From NCBI GenBank assembly GCA_009859145.1, contig VRVR01000033.1, forward strand, positions 1 through 64,000: a DNA stretch of 64,000 nucleotides. Reading direction: 5' to 3'. Position 1 is the stretch's first letter, and each line of letters begins with the position of its first letter. The translations under genes were made by a program, and so were the position numbers. This stretch comes from Andalucia godoyi And28. Taxonomy: Eukaryota; Protista; Jakobida. Shown in pieces: positions 1 through 11,600 of this stretch. The notes under the pieces were generated by a model. The model was not told the origin of the DNA. It saw only the letters and a list, made by a program, of their open reading frames with translations, and made no database searches.

Positions 1-2
1 AG

Positions 3-308
3 CAGCCGTCTGTGCAGCCGCTCACCATGGAGGAGTTCGCGACCTCGTGGACCGCATTGCAGAGAACCAGTGTCTGGGTGCACCGCGACCAGCGAGTTCC
101 GTCGCATTCGTCTCTGCAGTTCGCAACGGGGGAGGTGCCCAACGCAAAGACGCGCAAGAAAGTGTCGAACGCCGCTCTGCGTGCAAGCCAGCTGTTTCGT
201 GGCAGTTGCTTCACCGATGGGCACAGGCCGAACATCACTGCGCCTCTCCAGCTCAAGACGGAGCGGGAGCTGTGTGCGCTGTACCTCGCCATGCGCGCCC
301 CCCGATGA
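3..308 (+). CDS. 3' end of a hypothetical protein running off the window start
   Basis: Frame is open from the window edge to TGA at 306-308 and has protein-like composition; no recognisable motif. Confidence 0.35.
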   Translation, partial: QPSVQPLTMEEFATSWTALQRTSVWVHRDQRVPSHSSLQFATGEVPNAKTRKKVSNAALRASQLFRGSCFTDGHRPNITAPLQLKTERELCALYLAMRAPR

Positions 309-881
309 ACACGCGTGGTACAATAAAGAACCCAATCTGGATGCATTGCTCTGTATACTCTGCATAACTCAACGGAATGCAACAGGTGACGCCCTTCCTG
401 TCTCTTCTCTGCGAGCGTGGTTAGTGTCCCACCGGGCAACGAAGGCTCGCAGCACACGCATGGGATGTCCCCCGTGCCACATTCCATCACTAGATGCAGC
501 GGCGAGGACAGATTCGTTGTTGAAAAGTATACTGATAAAAACCGACTGTAGTCGGGAATTAGGTAATTAATATTTTACATATAACTCCTGAACGGCGTCG
601 TCCCCAAGAGAATTTCTTTTGCCAGATTGCTCGCCGTCCGCGACTCTACCAGTCCCCAGCATTATCTCAGAAAAAGTGCTGTGGACCATTTTCCGTATTT
701 GTTAATAGTGTCTGGGTTGCGACAGTCGTCGACACTTTGTCGTCTTGTGCGGAGAACGTGTGGGACTCACAAAGTCCGGAAATATTGTCCACCTGCTTCC
801 CGACTTTTCCCGGTGCTTCCGTTTTCCCTGTTTTTTCTGGTTTTCGTTTATTCTGCATTTGTGTGTTGGCTTTGTGGGAGC

Positions 882-1826
882 ATGTCGAATCGCGCATTGT
901 TGTACTTTGGATCGGGAAACCGAGCGACAGAGTGGAAAGCGCAGATGGAAAAGCTAATTCCATCTTTGACGTTTCGGGTTTGGCCGGATGTTGGAGACAT
1001 CAACGAGGTGCATTACGTATTGAGTTTTCGGCCTCCATCGGGAGTGTTGAACACGCTGCCGAACCTGAAGGTCATGTTTTGTGCTGGGGCTGGTGTTGAC
1101 GCCTTTCTTGCGGACCCTGTTTTGCCTGCACATATTCCGTTAGTCAAGCTTGTGGAAGAGGGCCTGACTCGTGGAATGACGGAGTACGTTGTGATGCAAG
1201 TCTTATGCTGGCATCGTGATATGTACTCCTATCTTAAGCAGCAGCAGGATGGATTGTGGAATCAGCTTCCGCAGGTTCTCTGGGATGAACGGAATGTTGG
1301 AATCATGGGTATGGGCGAACTTGGAAGAGGAGCTGCCCGCGTTCTCACTTCGATGGGGTTCCCGGTTTTTGGGTGGGTATCCACGATGCGCGATTCCGAT
1401 ATCAAAGGTGTAACCTTATATGCAGGAATGGGGGAATTGGAGGCATTTTTGTCGAATGTGTCTATTTTGGTGATCTTGCTTCCGCTAACCAGCGACACAA
1501 TGGGGCTTTTGAATGCCAAAACCCTACAGCACCTGCCGAAGGGTAGCTTTGTTGTGAATGCTGCTCGCGGACCGATCATTGTTTTGCAGGATCTTATTCA
1601 AGCTCTGGACAGCGGCCACCTTGCGGGTGCAACGTTGGATGTGTTCGACGAAGAACCACTTCCCACTTCCAGTCCGCTGTGGACGCATCCGAAGGTTGTC
1701 ATTACGCCTCACGTCGCTGCTCGTACTGTTGTCGCTGGCTCAGCAGCACAAGTTTCCAAAAACATTCAAAAGTTCGAGCAAACTGGAATGCTGGACCATA
1801 TTGTTCCGCGCGATCGTGGATACTAA
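882..1826 (+). CDS. ghrA: D-isomer-specific 2-hydroxyacid dehydrogenase, GhrA (glyoxylate/hydroxypyruvate reductase A)-like
   Basis: ATG at 882 (MSNRALLY). Motifs GAGVD, Rossmann GIMGMGELG, LLPLT, NAARG, LDVFDEEPLP..SPLWTHPKVVITPHVA and C-terminal RGY are typical of bacterial GhrA. Confidence 0.88.
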   Translation: MSNRALLYFGSGNRATEWKAQMEKLIPSLTFRVWPDVGDINEVHYVLSFRPPSGVLNTLPNLKVMFCAGAGVDAFLADPVLPAHIPLVKLVEEGLTRGMTEYVVMQVLCWHRDMYSYLKQQQDGLWNQLPQVLWDERNVGIMGMGELGRGAARVLTSMGFPVFGWVSTMRDSDIKGVTLYAGMGELEAFLSNVSILVILLPLTSDTMGLLNAKTLQHLPKGSFVVNAARGPIIVLQDLIQALDSGHLAGATLDVFDEEPLPTSSPLWTHPKVVITPHVAARTVVAGSAAQVSKNIQKFEQTGMLDHIVPRDRGY

Positions 1827-2212
1827 GAAGAGTTGAAAGATATTTGTGACCCACAACTCGAGTGGTAGCCTGCTGAAGGCCTTCTGTGCATGTCAAAGTT
1901 ATTTGTATATATCCATTATGCAGCTGAATTCGCACTGGAAAGAAAAAAGAAAAGAAAAAAAAGTCGGAAACCTCCCACACTTGATTCTTTTTCCCAGCAC
2001 TGTTGCGGTTTAAGGAAAATAGACCATTTTGACTTTTTGATTCATCGCGATGCATAACACTGAAGAGCAGTCCCCGAGGATGGGTTGCTGGTTTCCCGCA
2101 GCAGCCATGCGAGTTCATTCCTACAAGATCATTTGCCAATGCATGGGCTGCACAAAACAAAGACATTCGAAGAACAGGAAAATAGACGGATCTGACCACA
2201 ACAGCGGAAGAG

Positions 2213-4426
2213 TCACCACCAGAACCACGAAGCGTCATTCTCGCGCGGGCGATCTGCAGCACAAAAACAACGAGCTTCTGGTATTCCTGCAGCATGACAC
2301 GACCGGTCGTCAGGAATGCGATGCAATAAGGAAATTCCAGACGCTGAGGAATGGTGACTCTCAGAAGCGGCGATGGATTTTAGAGTGGCAAATACGTCAT
2401 AGCCAGATACAAGACGATGCTGATTTTCTAAAAGGTTCCGAGATGCATCTGCCTTCTGCACAGCCAGTGACCTGGGAATCGACATGAACAATGCAGGAAA
2501 CGCATTTTCAAGACGTGCCTGATGCATCTGCACTGCCCAAGGTAGGGACATGTGCTGCCCATGGTCAGACACAATGACAACTACGGAATCATCAAACGCT
2601 TTTCGTTTCAATAGTTCTTCCAAGAAATCGGCAACGTCCTCGTCAATGCTCTTGATCACTTCCCCGGTCCCTTCATGACCTTCTGTCAGAGCAGTCCACA
2701 AGAATCGCTGATCGCCGCTATGTGCGTCCCACCAGTTCAGCGAGTAGTCAAGTGCGTATTCGTGGACAAACCTGCTTTTCAGGCAGCGTCTCCGAATGGA
2801 AAATGGGCCTTGGAACACACCAAACGGTATGTCTACTGGATAATAGTCGTCATGACAGAAGAGTGGAACGAACTCGTTGTCAAAGAAAGAGCTTTTGTTC
2901 TGGTACTTCACAGAAAAGTCTTGACATGAATTGTCCACATGTGCGGTCTTGTATCCGGATTCGGAGAACAATTCCCATATTGGCTTTGCCTCTTTCTCCG
3001 TGCTGTATTCTGAAATCCCCAAAAACAGCGCCTTGTCATTTGGAACCGTTGTGATGCCGACGGCATGGTATCGGAAAAACTGAAACACATCGACATCTGA
3101 TTCTGCAGATAATCGCTCCAATACCGCCGCTGTTTTCTGCAGTTTGCGGAAAAAGTGTCTGCGGGACAGTGTGTCTAGGTACAATAGGATGACATTTGGG
3201 CGTAAATTCATACCGAGATTCTGCGCTGGGTTGAATGCCTCTGTGTGCTTCGATGAAGTGCTTTTCACGACCCGTGTCAAGACAAGGTCTTCGGAGGTTT
3301 CCTCACGGCCCGAAGCTGAATCGGAGTAGCAAGCCAGCAAAAATGACTCGGAATCTGAATTGGATACGTCCACAACCACCGACTCCGCAGAATTGTGGAG
3401 TTTGTAGTGTCGGGAGGATTGCTGCATCCTGTTGAGGATTTCCTGTTGGTATATAGGCAGCGTCAACTTGAGCGAAATGTCCCAGTGCTCCGTTCTGGGA
3501 ACTTCGATAAGACGGACCTCCATTGGTGGTGCACTTGATGAGATCCCCTCTGAATTCATCCACGCACCATACTTTCCGATTCGGCGGCAACGGGCAATGA
3601 TCAATGTGCTTGTGTCATCAAACTCTGCTTGGATCTCCAGCGGACTGCTCGCTTTGGATACACAGTGATCAGAAAACGAAAATCGATCCACATCCAGAAG
3701 CCCATCAAGGACGTCATACCACGGAATGGCGGGTGTCTGAATGTCACACCGAATTGCGCGGGGATCCCTAACGAGCAAGAACGACTCTCCGAAGAGACCC
3801 GTGTTCCACTTCGTATTCCCGTTTCGGATGCGCAGAGAGAACGATGCCAGGAAAAAGAACACGGCGAATGCGATGAAACAAAGGATCAATTTCGTGTTCT
3901 TGCGGCCGATTCTCTGGATGATGACCACAAACGCGAACGAAAGCCACAACAGTGCACTGAAAGCAGTGTGCACCAGTGAATTGTACGAACCATGATGCTC
4001 CAATGTCGTGCCTCTGTCGCACAAAAACAGAAACACCAAGCTTGCAATGCCGAAGCATAAGCATAGCAACGGAACTCGATGTCCTGCATGAGCCTTGAAA
4101 GGGACTACGGAGGTCCCCCAGCTCGTGTGGTACATGGACGTCTGTTGCTTCCTGGTGTTGATCGAATACAAGACACTGAGAAATCCAAAAAAGTAGCATG
4201 TCGCACTCAAAAAAAGATCGCGTGCAATTGACGGCAGTTCCGCGTGCACGAACTCGAGATCGCCGGTACGTAGACTGGCGGCGTAGAATTTTGATGCAAT
4301 TACGAACAGCGCTACCGGTACAAACAAAGAAACGTCCGAACACCGAGAGATTGGTGTTGAGAGTAGCGTTGCAGGTGTGCAAGCTCGTCGCAGTGCGGAG
4401 CGAACGGCCATCGAGAAGCGAAGCAT
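2213..4426 (-). CDS. DUF229-like protein (alkaline phosphatase/sulfatase superfamily) with N-terminal membrane segments
   Basis: Motifs NVILLYLDTLSRRHF, SDHG, RLENAFP, ENQHRLVSGYDVFATL and RSCHAAGIP..CFC; several hydrophobic helices N-terminally. Start is ATG 4426 or 4411. Confidence 0.75.
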   Translation of the reverse strand: MLRFSMAVRSALRRACTPATLLSTPISRCSDVSLFVPVALFVIASKFYAASLRTGDLEFVHAELPSIARDLFLSATCYFFGFLSVLYSINTRKQQTSMYHTSWGTSVVPFKAHAGHRVPLLCLCFGIASLVFLFLCDRGTTLEHHGSYNSLVHTAFSALLWLSFAFVVIIQRIGRKNTKLILCFIAFAVFFFLASFSLRIRNGNTKWNTGLFGESFLLVRDPRAIRCDIQTPAIPWYDVLDGLLDVDRFSFSDHCVSKASSPLEIQAEFDDTSTLIIARCRRIGKYGAWMNSEGISSSAPPMEVRLIEVPRTEHWDISLKLTLPIYQQEILNRMQQSSRHYKLHNSAESVVVDVSNSDSESFLLACYSDSASGREETSEDLVLTRVVKSTSSKHTEAFNPAQNLGMNLRPNVILLYLDTLSRRHFFRKLQKTAAVLERLSAESDVDVFQFFRYHAVGITTVPNDKALFLGISEYSTEKEAKPIWELFSESGYKTAHVDNSCQDFSVKYQNKSSFFDNEFVPLFCHDDYYPVDIPFGVFQGPFSIRRRCLKSRFVHEYALDYSLNWWDAHSGDQRFLWTALTEGHEGTGEVIKSIDEDVADFLEELLKRKAFDDSVVVIVSDHGQHMSLPWAVQMHQARLENAFPALFMSIPRSLAVQKADASRNLLENQHRLVSGYDVFATLKSIAASESHHSSASGISLLHRIPDDRSCHAAGIPEARCFCAADRPRENDASWFWW

Positions 4427-4762
4427 TGAGAGAAAGCGAACGACGCTGCGGTGTGCCAGTTCACAACGACATTTTTGCAGCAGCCCCAGGGGGAAAAAAA
4501 AAGAGATGACGCTCAAAACTGGATGGAGATGGGACCATTCACAATTTCACATGTCTTGAACTGCCGCAACGGCGATTGGTTCCATCATCTTCCAGTCCGG
4601 TGTACGCCTTCAGCAAAACAAAATAAAATAGATAAAATTCCCACTAGCGACCACGGCGGAAATTTTGGGTTTTTGCCGTCGTTTTGCTTGCACGCGGCAA
4701 ACCGGAGCGCCTCAGTACCCTCGGAAGTGCTACAATGGCCTCCGCGAAATGTCCCGAAAAAT

Positions 4763-4912
4763 CCCTCCAACCCCAGACGTCTCCCAAACATTTGACTCCC
4801 ATGCTGCGCCTCAGACAGGTTATTTGGCATAAAGTGACTCTTACAATCCGCATCAGCACCCATCCAATGCAGTTCCCCTGTTGAGTGGGGCATCCGTGGG
4901 TCTGCGCACCCC
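4763..4912 (-). mobile_element. Fanzor2/IS607-type relic copy A: isolated 3' non-coding module (putative omegaRNA scaffold and right end)
   Basis: About 100 nt align by eye at roughly 80-85% identity to 26468-26568, which follows Fanzor coding remnants. Homology stops after ...GTTGGAGGG on the minus strand. Confidence 0.65.
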
Positions 4913-5129
4913 AAAACAGACACAATCTATATTTTCGTTAGAGCTCTCGAATTGATCAGCTAGTTCATTCGTTAGAAATCGTTTGGACCTAGCCGGAAAC
5001 AACCGCGAATCATAGAGGAAACGGTTTTAACATTAGAATCCGACGCGGCATCCACGAGGGCATGTTCGGATTCACCGGATACCACTCTAATTCATCCTTC
5101 CAAAAAGACCGGTTGTCTTTCAAAACCAA

Positions 5130-6211
5130 AAACACATGACTGTTGTGATACATCCAATCGCAGAATTCAGACAGCAGGTAGAAACAACTCCTCAGAAAGT
5201 CATCTGCGCCTCTCGTCAAACGCCGACGGTGCGCGCCTCCTGCAATTCAAACAGCATTTGCACACATTCGGGGTACAGCAGAGAGTCTCGCATCACCACT
5301 CAATATCGAAAAGCATTTTGAGGAAACGCTGCTTCATGGCAATGTCAAAAAAATCAGCAGTTTTGAACGACACTTTGAGCAAATGACGGACTCCGTTTGT
5401 CCATTTATGCCGCGCTTCAGAAAGGTGATCGTGGGCTGTGGCTGGACAAGATTAGCATCCGCATGTCGCAAGACACTTGTGAATAACGTGAGGGACGCGG
5501 CTGCGATAGGTAAAGATCATGCGATTCAACCGATTACAAGAATATCGGACACCACGAAGCATTTCCTGTTCTGATACCTGCTAATGTAGACATTGAACAA
5601 CGAGGGCTTGAAAATCAGGCCTTGCGCTATACCGCTATATTGTCTCGCAAGAGCATTACGTCCCAAAGACAACTAGAGACGGGGATCATTAAAAGGGTCT
5701 ACAGCCTCGATTTGCTCAATGCTAGTTTTAGGTGCAGGGAGAGGATCAAGGTCATCAGCAGGGGTTAATGACCAGTACTAAGCGGTTAAGAAATATTATT
5801 CTCTTGTTCGACACAACGTCTGTGGGAAGTTCAGAAACTGGTGGAGAACCATTTGGTAACGTCTCAGTGTGCTCAGCACGCTCTTTTTCAGAGGACCATC
5901 CGCCGTTGGACGGACGATCTTTTGGAGTGCGCGAGCGAATCGGCACTTGGGGTTTTGCGGCTGTTGCGCGTGCGTATCGCCAGTCCAGATCGTTAATGGA
6001 AGAGTGCAAGTCCAAAACGTGTGGCCAGTGCGGGGGGCAATCCCTGCGAAGCTAGGAGGAAACAAGGTGTTCCGATGTCCCGGCTGTGGTGCGACGATCG
6101 ATCGCGATCGGAATGGTGCGCGCATTATTTATTTGACGAACGCTGCAAGGCTTATCGGGGTCTACCCCCGTCCCGTCCATGGCGACATGGACTGGGTAGT
6201 AACATTGATTA
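5130..6211 (+). pseudogene. Fanzor2/IS607-type TnpB relic copy B (frameshifted, RuvC-I deleted)
   Basis: Broken + frames give KDHAIQ..KHFLF/LIP..ENQALR, HQQ..RNIILLFDTTS, MEECKSKTCGQCG and KLGGNKVFRCPGCGATIDRDRNGARII. These correspond to the relocated RuvC-II Glu, the C4 Zn finger and RuvC-III DRD-N of IS607 TnpB/Fanzor2. Confidence 0.85.
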
Positions 6212-6215
6212 AGCA
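6155..6215 (+). ncRNA. 5' part of putative omegaRNA scaffold of copy B
   Basis: Immediately after DRDRNGAR: GGGG-TCTA-CCCC hairpin, then CCC-GTCCATG-(GCGA)-CATGGAC-T-GGG hairpin, then AACATTGATTA. The same layout occurs at 17325-17270 on the minus strand. Confidence 0.55.
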
Positions 6216-6267
6216 TGATGAGCAATAATGATGCATACTCAGTGTACAATGTAGGCGCTGGAGCATG

Positions 6268-7530
6268 CTAAAACACGTAGGGCACGATGTAGTACTGCAC
6301 ACGCGCCTTGTACTTTTCCCAGGCATCCCCATACTTTGAAGCACAGCGCTCTTCATCACGCAACAGGCGGTGAACAAGCAAGCCAGTGAGGAACAAAACG
6401 TATAAATAAGGCCACAACCCGTACTGAAATCCAGCTGTGGCGGACCAGCTCAGTGCAGCAAGAATCTCGAACAAGTAGTGCACGTGTCTTGCGACGCCCC
6501 ACCATCCAGAACAAATCAGCAACGATTCGCGAGATTCTTCCGCTCCATTTGGCAACGTGATGGTGTACGTTGCACGAATGCATTCTGCTGGATTACCCCA
6601 AATGGTGCATCGGCCATTGGAACTGCGGACCAGGATTTTCTGGCGATCCACGTCGTAGTTCAAGTAAATGGAAAGCAACCCAACTGCCAACCACGCCATG
6701 TGCACCCAGTCAAATACTGGTGCTGTTTTGACAGCGATCAAGGTGACCGGGAGGCAGTAGAATGCTGGAAGCCAAGTAATACATCCCCAAAAAAGATAGT
6801 ACCCCGCGCGGTCGTGTTGAATGTCCATGCTGGCGACATATCCCAACTCCCAGACGAAGAACTTGTAAATATACACAATCTGCAGGAAGGTGGACACCAA
6901 AACCGCCGAGCCAACTGCACCGAAACGATGGTACTGGTATCCCGAGGCAATCACGCAGATGACGGCCCATGCCATCATTCCAAATCTGCAATTCACAAAC
7001 TGTTTTAAATCAATTCCGAAAAGTCTAGGATGCAGCCAGAGCCCGCAGTAAAAGTCGAAGATGGGGCCATTGCCAGAGGGGCCCTGGTCGTCGTCGGTCA
7101 CGCACGACGACGTGAAAGACATGTACAATAAGAAGCAGATCACCAGTGCACACGCCTCGAGAGCCAGAACAAGCGGCACAATCCCCTCGAGAAAGGATGT
7201 AATGTGCGCGCCTGGAAGAGACCCGCATAGCAAAACAGTCGCAATCATCGTGGCAATGAAGGCAGAAACACCGTTATCACGGTACTCGGGCTTTCGGCCG
7301 GCCTTGGTTTCGGGACCATGCACGAGATTGCACGGGATCAAAACGAGCAAAACATACTCGAATGCTGCAAACAATGTGATCACGATCAGATTGGACAGCG
7401 ACGGATACTGAAATGCCAAATTCATCGACAGAAAGGGAAGAAGCGGCGCACAAACACTGGTGGCCAGCATGATGGACAGTGGTCCAAGCCAGTAGTGTAC
7501 CACTGGATGCTGCACCAGACTGGAGATCAT
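6268..7530 (-). CDS. DHCR7: Sterol delta-7 reductase (DHCR7/DWF5; ERG4/ERG24 family)
   Basis: ATG 7530 (MISSLVQHP). Motifs YRDNG, HPRL..DLKQFVNCRFGMMAW, WELGYVASMDIQHDRAG, GWWGVARH and RDEERCASKYG..W..Y. Confidence 0.88.
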   Translation of the reverse strand: MISSLVQHPVVHYWLGPLSIMLATSVCAPLLPFLSMNLAFQYPSLSNLIVITLFAAFEYVLLVLIPCNLVHGPETKAGRKPEYRDNGVSAFIATMIATVLLCGSLPGAHITSFLEGIVPLVLALEACALVICFLLYMSFTSSCVTDDDQGPSGNGPIFDFYCGLWLHPRLFGIDLKQFVNCRFGMMAWAVICVIASGYQYHRFGAVGSAVLVSTFLQIVYIYKFFVWELGYVASMDIQHDRAGYYLFWGCITWLPAFYCLPVTLIAVKTAPVFDWVHMAWLAVGLLSIYLNYDVDRQKILVRSSNGRCTIWGNPAECIRATYTITLPNGAEESRESLLICSGWWGVARHVHYLFEILAALSWSATAGFQYGLWPYLYVLFLTGLLVHRLLRDEERCASKYGDAWEKYKARVQYYIVPYVF

Positions 7531-7600
7531 TGCGCTGCAAACGAAGAATGAGAAGAGTGGGGAGACAAGACAAACGACAAGAAGAGAGAGAACGAGAGAG

Positions 7601-7635
7601 AAAGGAAGAAAGAAAGCAAGAAAGAAAGCAAGAAA

Positions 7636-7669
<34 letters not shown>
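7601..7669. repeat. (AAGA)n purine-rich simple repeat in the 5' region of DHCR7
   Basis: Tandem aaga/aagc units are directly visible. Confidence 0.85.
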
Positions 7670-8632
7670 CCTGTATGGAAGAATAAAACCGGGAAAAGAA
7701 AAGGAAAGAATAAAGACAACAAACACGACCTGCGATCTGTCCTTTCGTTGGCTACTTTGTGCACAAAAACTTCCCCATCTGCGCAAGACCTTCTGAAGTC
7801 TGATGTGCAAGGCATCCAAACGGGGGGGATCGGAGAGGGAGGCAGCGCAAGGAAGCCATGACGGTCAATATCATGGTGTCAGATTTCCGCCCAAAAAGGA
7901 AGCAGGACTCTTACGTTCCACTCACCGTTGCAATCTGTTCTTCCTGGATCCAATTTTTCAAAACAAACTGTTCCGCTATCAGATGACATCAATGCGGTAG
8001 CACGGGAAACTCGAAAACAGGCAGAAAGCTTCTTTTTGGCGGGGATCGTAAAAGCCGAGGATATCTGTTCGAGCCTTCAAGCGCTTCAAGTCGAGAAAAA
8101 AAAAGTCGGGAAAACGCAAGCGGAAAGGCGGGCAAACACCTTCTTGGGTCCGCGCACCCATCAGTCACAATCAACGAAAAAAAAAAAGGACGACGGACTT
8201 GCATGAATGACGCATGGCCTTGCCTGAAATGCCTGGGTGCGTCGGGGGGGAGGGCGGTCAGTGGGGGAAAAGCAAGGGAGAGTGTGTGTTTTACGGAATA
8301 ACAAATGAGACGCGGACTTGCGTATGCACGCAGGACGATGGATGCCAAGCCTCACTTTTGCTTGCCAACGGGTCGACAAACGACAAGCAAATCTGCAGCG
8401 CGCAGCGTGAATCGCGGATTTCCAACATAGAATAGCAGGGATTCACGGAGCCACGGTGCCTTAGGTCGATGTGATGCTCCGCTTTCTTTGCGAAAAGCGT
8501 CATAATCGGTGAAAACATTTCATGTATATCTTTTGTGCGTGTGTGTGCGTGCATTTTCTTCATTTTCTTTCGACACCGGTTTTGATTTTATTTAATTTTA
8601 TTACTTCCTTTGCAGCATCACTTATTATTGTT

Positions 8633-11600
8633 TCAGAATCCAGGAAACATCCACGAGTTCTTCCCGATGAGCAAATGTGAATTCTCAAGATCTGTGGCCC
8701 GTTTGGAAATATTGAGTCGTTTCATCACCATGGCAGCTGCATCATCTGTCACGACTTCCCGGAGAGGAACTGCAAGATCGTCGACGTACTGCATCACGAT
8801 TGCTTCATACGCAATCCACTTGTTCTGCAATGCCCGGGCCTTCTCCAGCTGTCGCTCGTAAACAAGAACCTGGATCATATTCTTCAACGCCATCTGGTGT
8901 GTTTCGGTTGGTAGGAGATGACGAATGAGCCGCACCTGATTCTCCTCATCAAACTCCGGCCCTTGCCGTGTTTGCAGGCGCTTCGCGAGTTTCTTGGTCG
9001 ATGCCGTTGAAGCAGTAGACCGGGACGACGACGATCGCGAATGGCGGGAAGACCTGGAACGAACCGTTGAAGCATCCGAAAATCGATCGTCGTCGTCAAC
9101 AGCCGCCACTCCATCGGGACCAAAGGAGGATGAATCTTCGGTTCCGAGTTCACGTCGACGGGCCTCCTCTTCTGCCATGCGCGCACGAATTTGGCGAAGC
9201 TCCATGACAAGGACCGGGAAGCGGGAGGTCCATTCGTCGGCCATCGAGAGCCATTTCGACACGGTTTCCAGAAATGGGGGAAGAAGGTTGGTAACGATAA
9301 GATCCTTCCGATGTTTGTGGCAGGCCAGAACATATCCATCCATCCAGAGGTCGTGTTTCGCAGCGAGATCGATCGCTGTTTCCGCATCATCAAGGTAGAG
9401 TGCGGCGAACTCCACGGCCTCCTTGAACCTGCCCAGATCCTCCAGTGTTCGGAGCGCCACGAGACAGTGCTTCTCATTGCTTCCAAGAGAGACCAAGGTC
9501 TTCCAATCACCGCACAATCCAAAGCATGAGAACGCCTGTTCGCAATCCTGCGCCGTCAAGTAAAGCGAACCGGCAGCAGCGTACATGTCTTTCGTAGAGG
9601 AGAAGCCGGTGTGCACGAGAGCTCCGCTTGCTTTGGAAACAAGGAAATCCGCGTACAATCTGCAGACCTTTGCGTTCGCTGGGAACAGGGCAATTCCCTC
9701 CGTGTACAAGTCGTGCTTGGAGATGAGATCACAACAACGGTCCAGCAACAGATCCAGCGCTTGGGGACCGTGCGAAATGGCTTTCGCATATCTTCCCAAA
9801 AACACGTCGATTTCAAACTTCCTACAAGCACTCGGTTCAATGCGCTCCATTTTTGCCAAGAACGGCCCGTATTCGCGCGGATCTTGCTGCGTTTTCTCTG
9901 CGACACGATGTGCAAGCTCAAAATCGTACGTTCCGAGAGACTCGCGATAGAGAACATCGACATCAACAAACAACCCAAGATGTCGAATGCAGGAATCGAA
10001 ATCCAAGATCTGCTCTCGAAGACACTTCAACGCAATAAATGACAACGCGCCAACAACATCTGCAGGAGACTGACGCACAAAGGACGTAATGACGGGAAGA
10101 TGAAATTGCAGACTCAGTTCCGCAGTGGATAAATATGCAGCGCGAAGCGCCGAACAAACTGCATTCTTTCGCGGGACGTTCCGATCGCTCTGCTGCGTCA
10201 GAAATAGATCATGAACATCGGATTCGGGAATTTGGAGAACAAAAGCAGCGGCATGTTCTGAGAAATCCCTCCCCGCGCAGTGTGCAGGGATGAAGTCCAT
10301 TTCAATTTTGTGCTTTCTACACGAAATCACTGCTTCGCGGAAGTGGTTCTGCGACAGCATTTCCTTCACGTACCACTCCATCATCACTCGAGGCTGAATG
10401 CCTTCAAGATTTCCGCGGGGCATCTCAAGGACAACAAATGCAGAATGATGGAGTGCAGCGAGGAGGATGGAGCCGCGCTCTACTTGTCGCTTGTTGGCAT
10501 CTGATAGCAGCTCCGAAACACCGCAGTGGCCTTGCGCAAAGGACTGGATGGACCTGTGCGGAATCATGAACAAATCGTGTCGAGATGTCGTGAACAGCAA
10601 AAATTCATCGTGCGTTAAGAAGGACGTGCATTCTTCTGTCAATTTCTTGCTACCGACAAACAACGCGTTTCGTGAAGTGCAAAGAGAAATCGCGGTGTCG
10701 CGGAAGTACGATACAGCATCCACCTTCTCTTCGATCTGAAATAGGAGCGTAGGAGGCGTCGCAATGTCCTCATTCAGCAGGTAAACTGACCGATCAGCAG
10801 TTAGAATGACCGGAAAAGACGCCCGAATCACCAACGTTTTGAAACGATGATCAACAACGTTGACCAGTTCCTTTTCTGCAGAGAGGCGGAAGAGGCGCAA
10901 TTCGTTCCCGAATGCGCAACCGATCATAATCTGCGATGGCTTCTCATGGAGAACAAAGACCAAGCGTCCCGAGTTTGCTGGAAGGTCAACCGAGCATTTG
11001 AGCTTCTTCGGCAATAGTACCGAAATCGAATCATCTACCAGCTGTGCAACCGCAGCATTCCCCGAAACAAAAAAGTGAGAAACAGGAGACCGGCATGTGA
11101 ACTGCTCAGCGTACATCGGAGGGGGCACTAGCCCTTCGGCAAAATAAGTGACATTCACGGCATTTCCGTCGACTACTCCAATGGGACATCTGCCGACATT
11201 CGAGCAGCACGCGTCCCACCGAAACACAAACCGGTCCACGCAGTTTGCAGACGACACAAACAAGACATACGGGTCTGTGGAATCGAAAACCGCGAACCGC
11301 GCTCTTAGACGTAACTCGCGTTTCAGAAACCAATGGTAGTTGTTCCGGTGATACAAGAACACGGTCGTCGAGGTAACCACAGCGAGCAAATCCGATGCAG
11401 AATTCCAGACTAGCTGCCGGATATCCATGCGCAAAGAGCCCAGAGTCATGTCGTAATGCTGGAGACCATTTCTCTCGAAAAAAGCAATACGCTGCTCTCC
11501 CCGATCCTCCAAAAACTGCGGCACTGCAATAATGCTCCCCTCTGGTCTCCATGCACAAGCGGTCGGCGACAGTCCAGGCACCTGCGCTTCTGACGTCGAT

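Noticed and set aside
627-881. Extended ORF-track N-termini (e.g. 627, 7815, 12271, 46375, 49961)
   Set aside because: They start at non-ATG codons and run through pyrimidine- or purine-rich UTR sequence; homology begins at the downstream ATGs reported.
4763-4912. The A/D repeat as a protein-coding fragment (LSEAQH.S.MFGRRLG), hammerhead ribozyme or group I intron
   Set aside because: The shared peptide does not stay in frame between copies, and the CTGATGA/GAAA and group I P7 cores are absent. Its position after Fanzor remnants in D explains it better.
4925-5130. Search for an IS607 serine recombinase (TnpA) upstream of relic B
   Set aside because: No YARVS-type or other resolvase motif was seen on either strand, so no transposase is claimed.
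8291-8563. Minus ORF with FAKKAEHH..VNPCYS, loosely like TnpB YKAE..VNPAYTS
   Set aside because: No Zn finger, DRD-N or omegaRNA-like tail follows, so the match is too weak to call a fifth relic.
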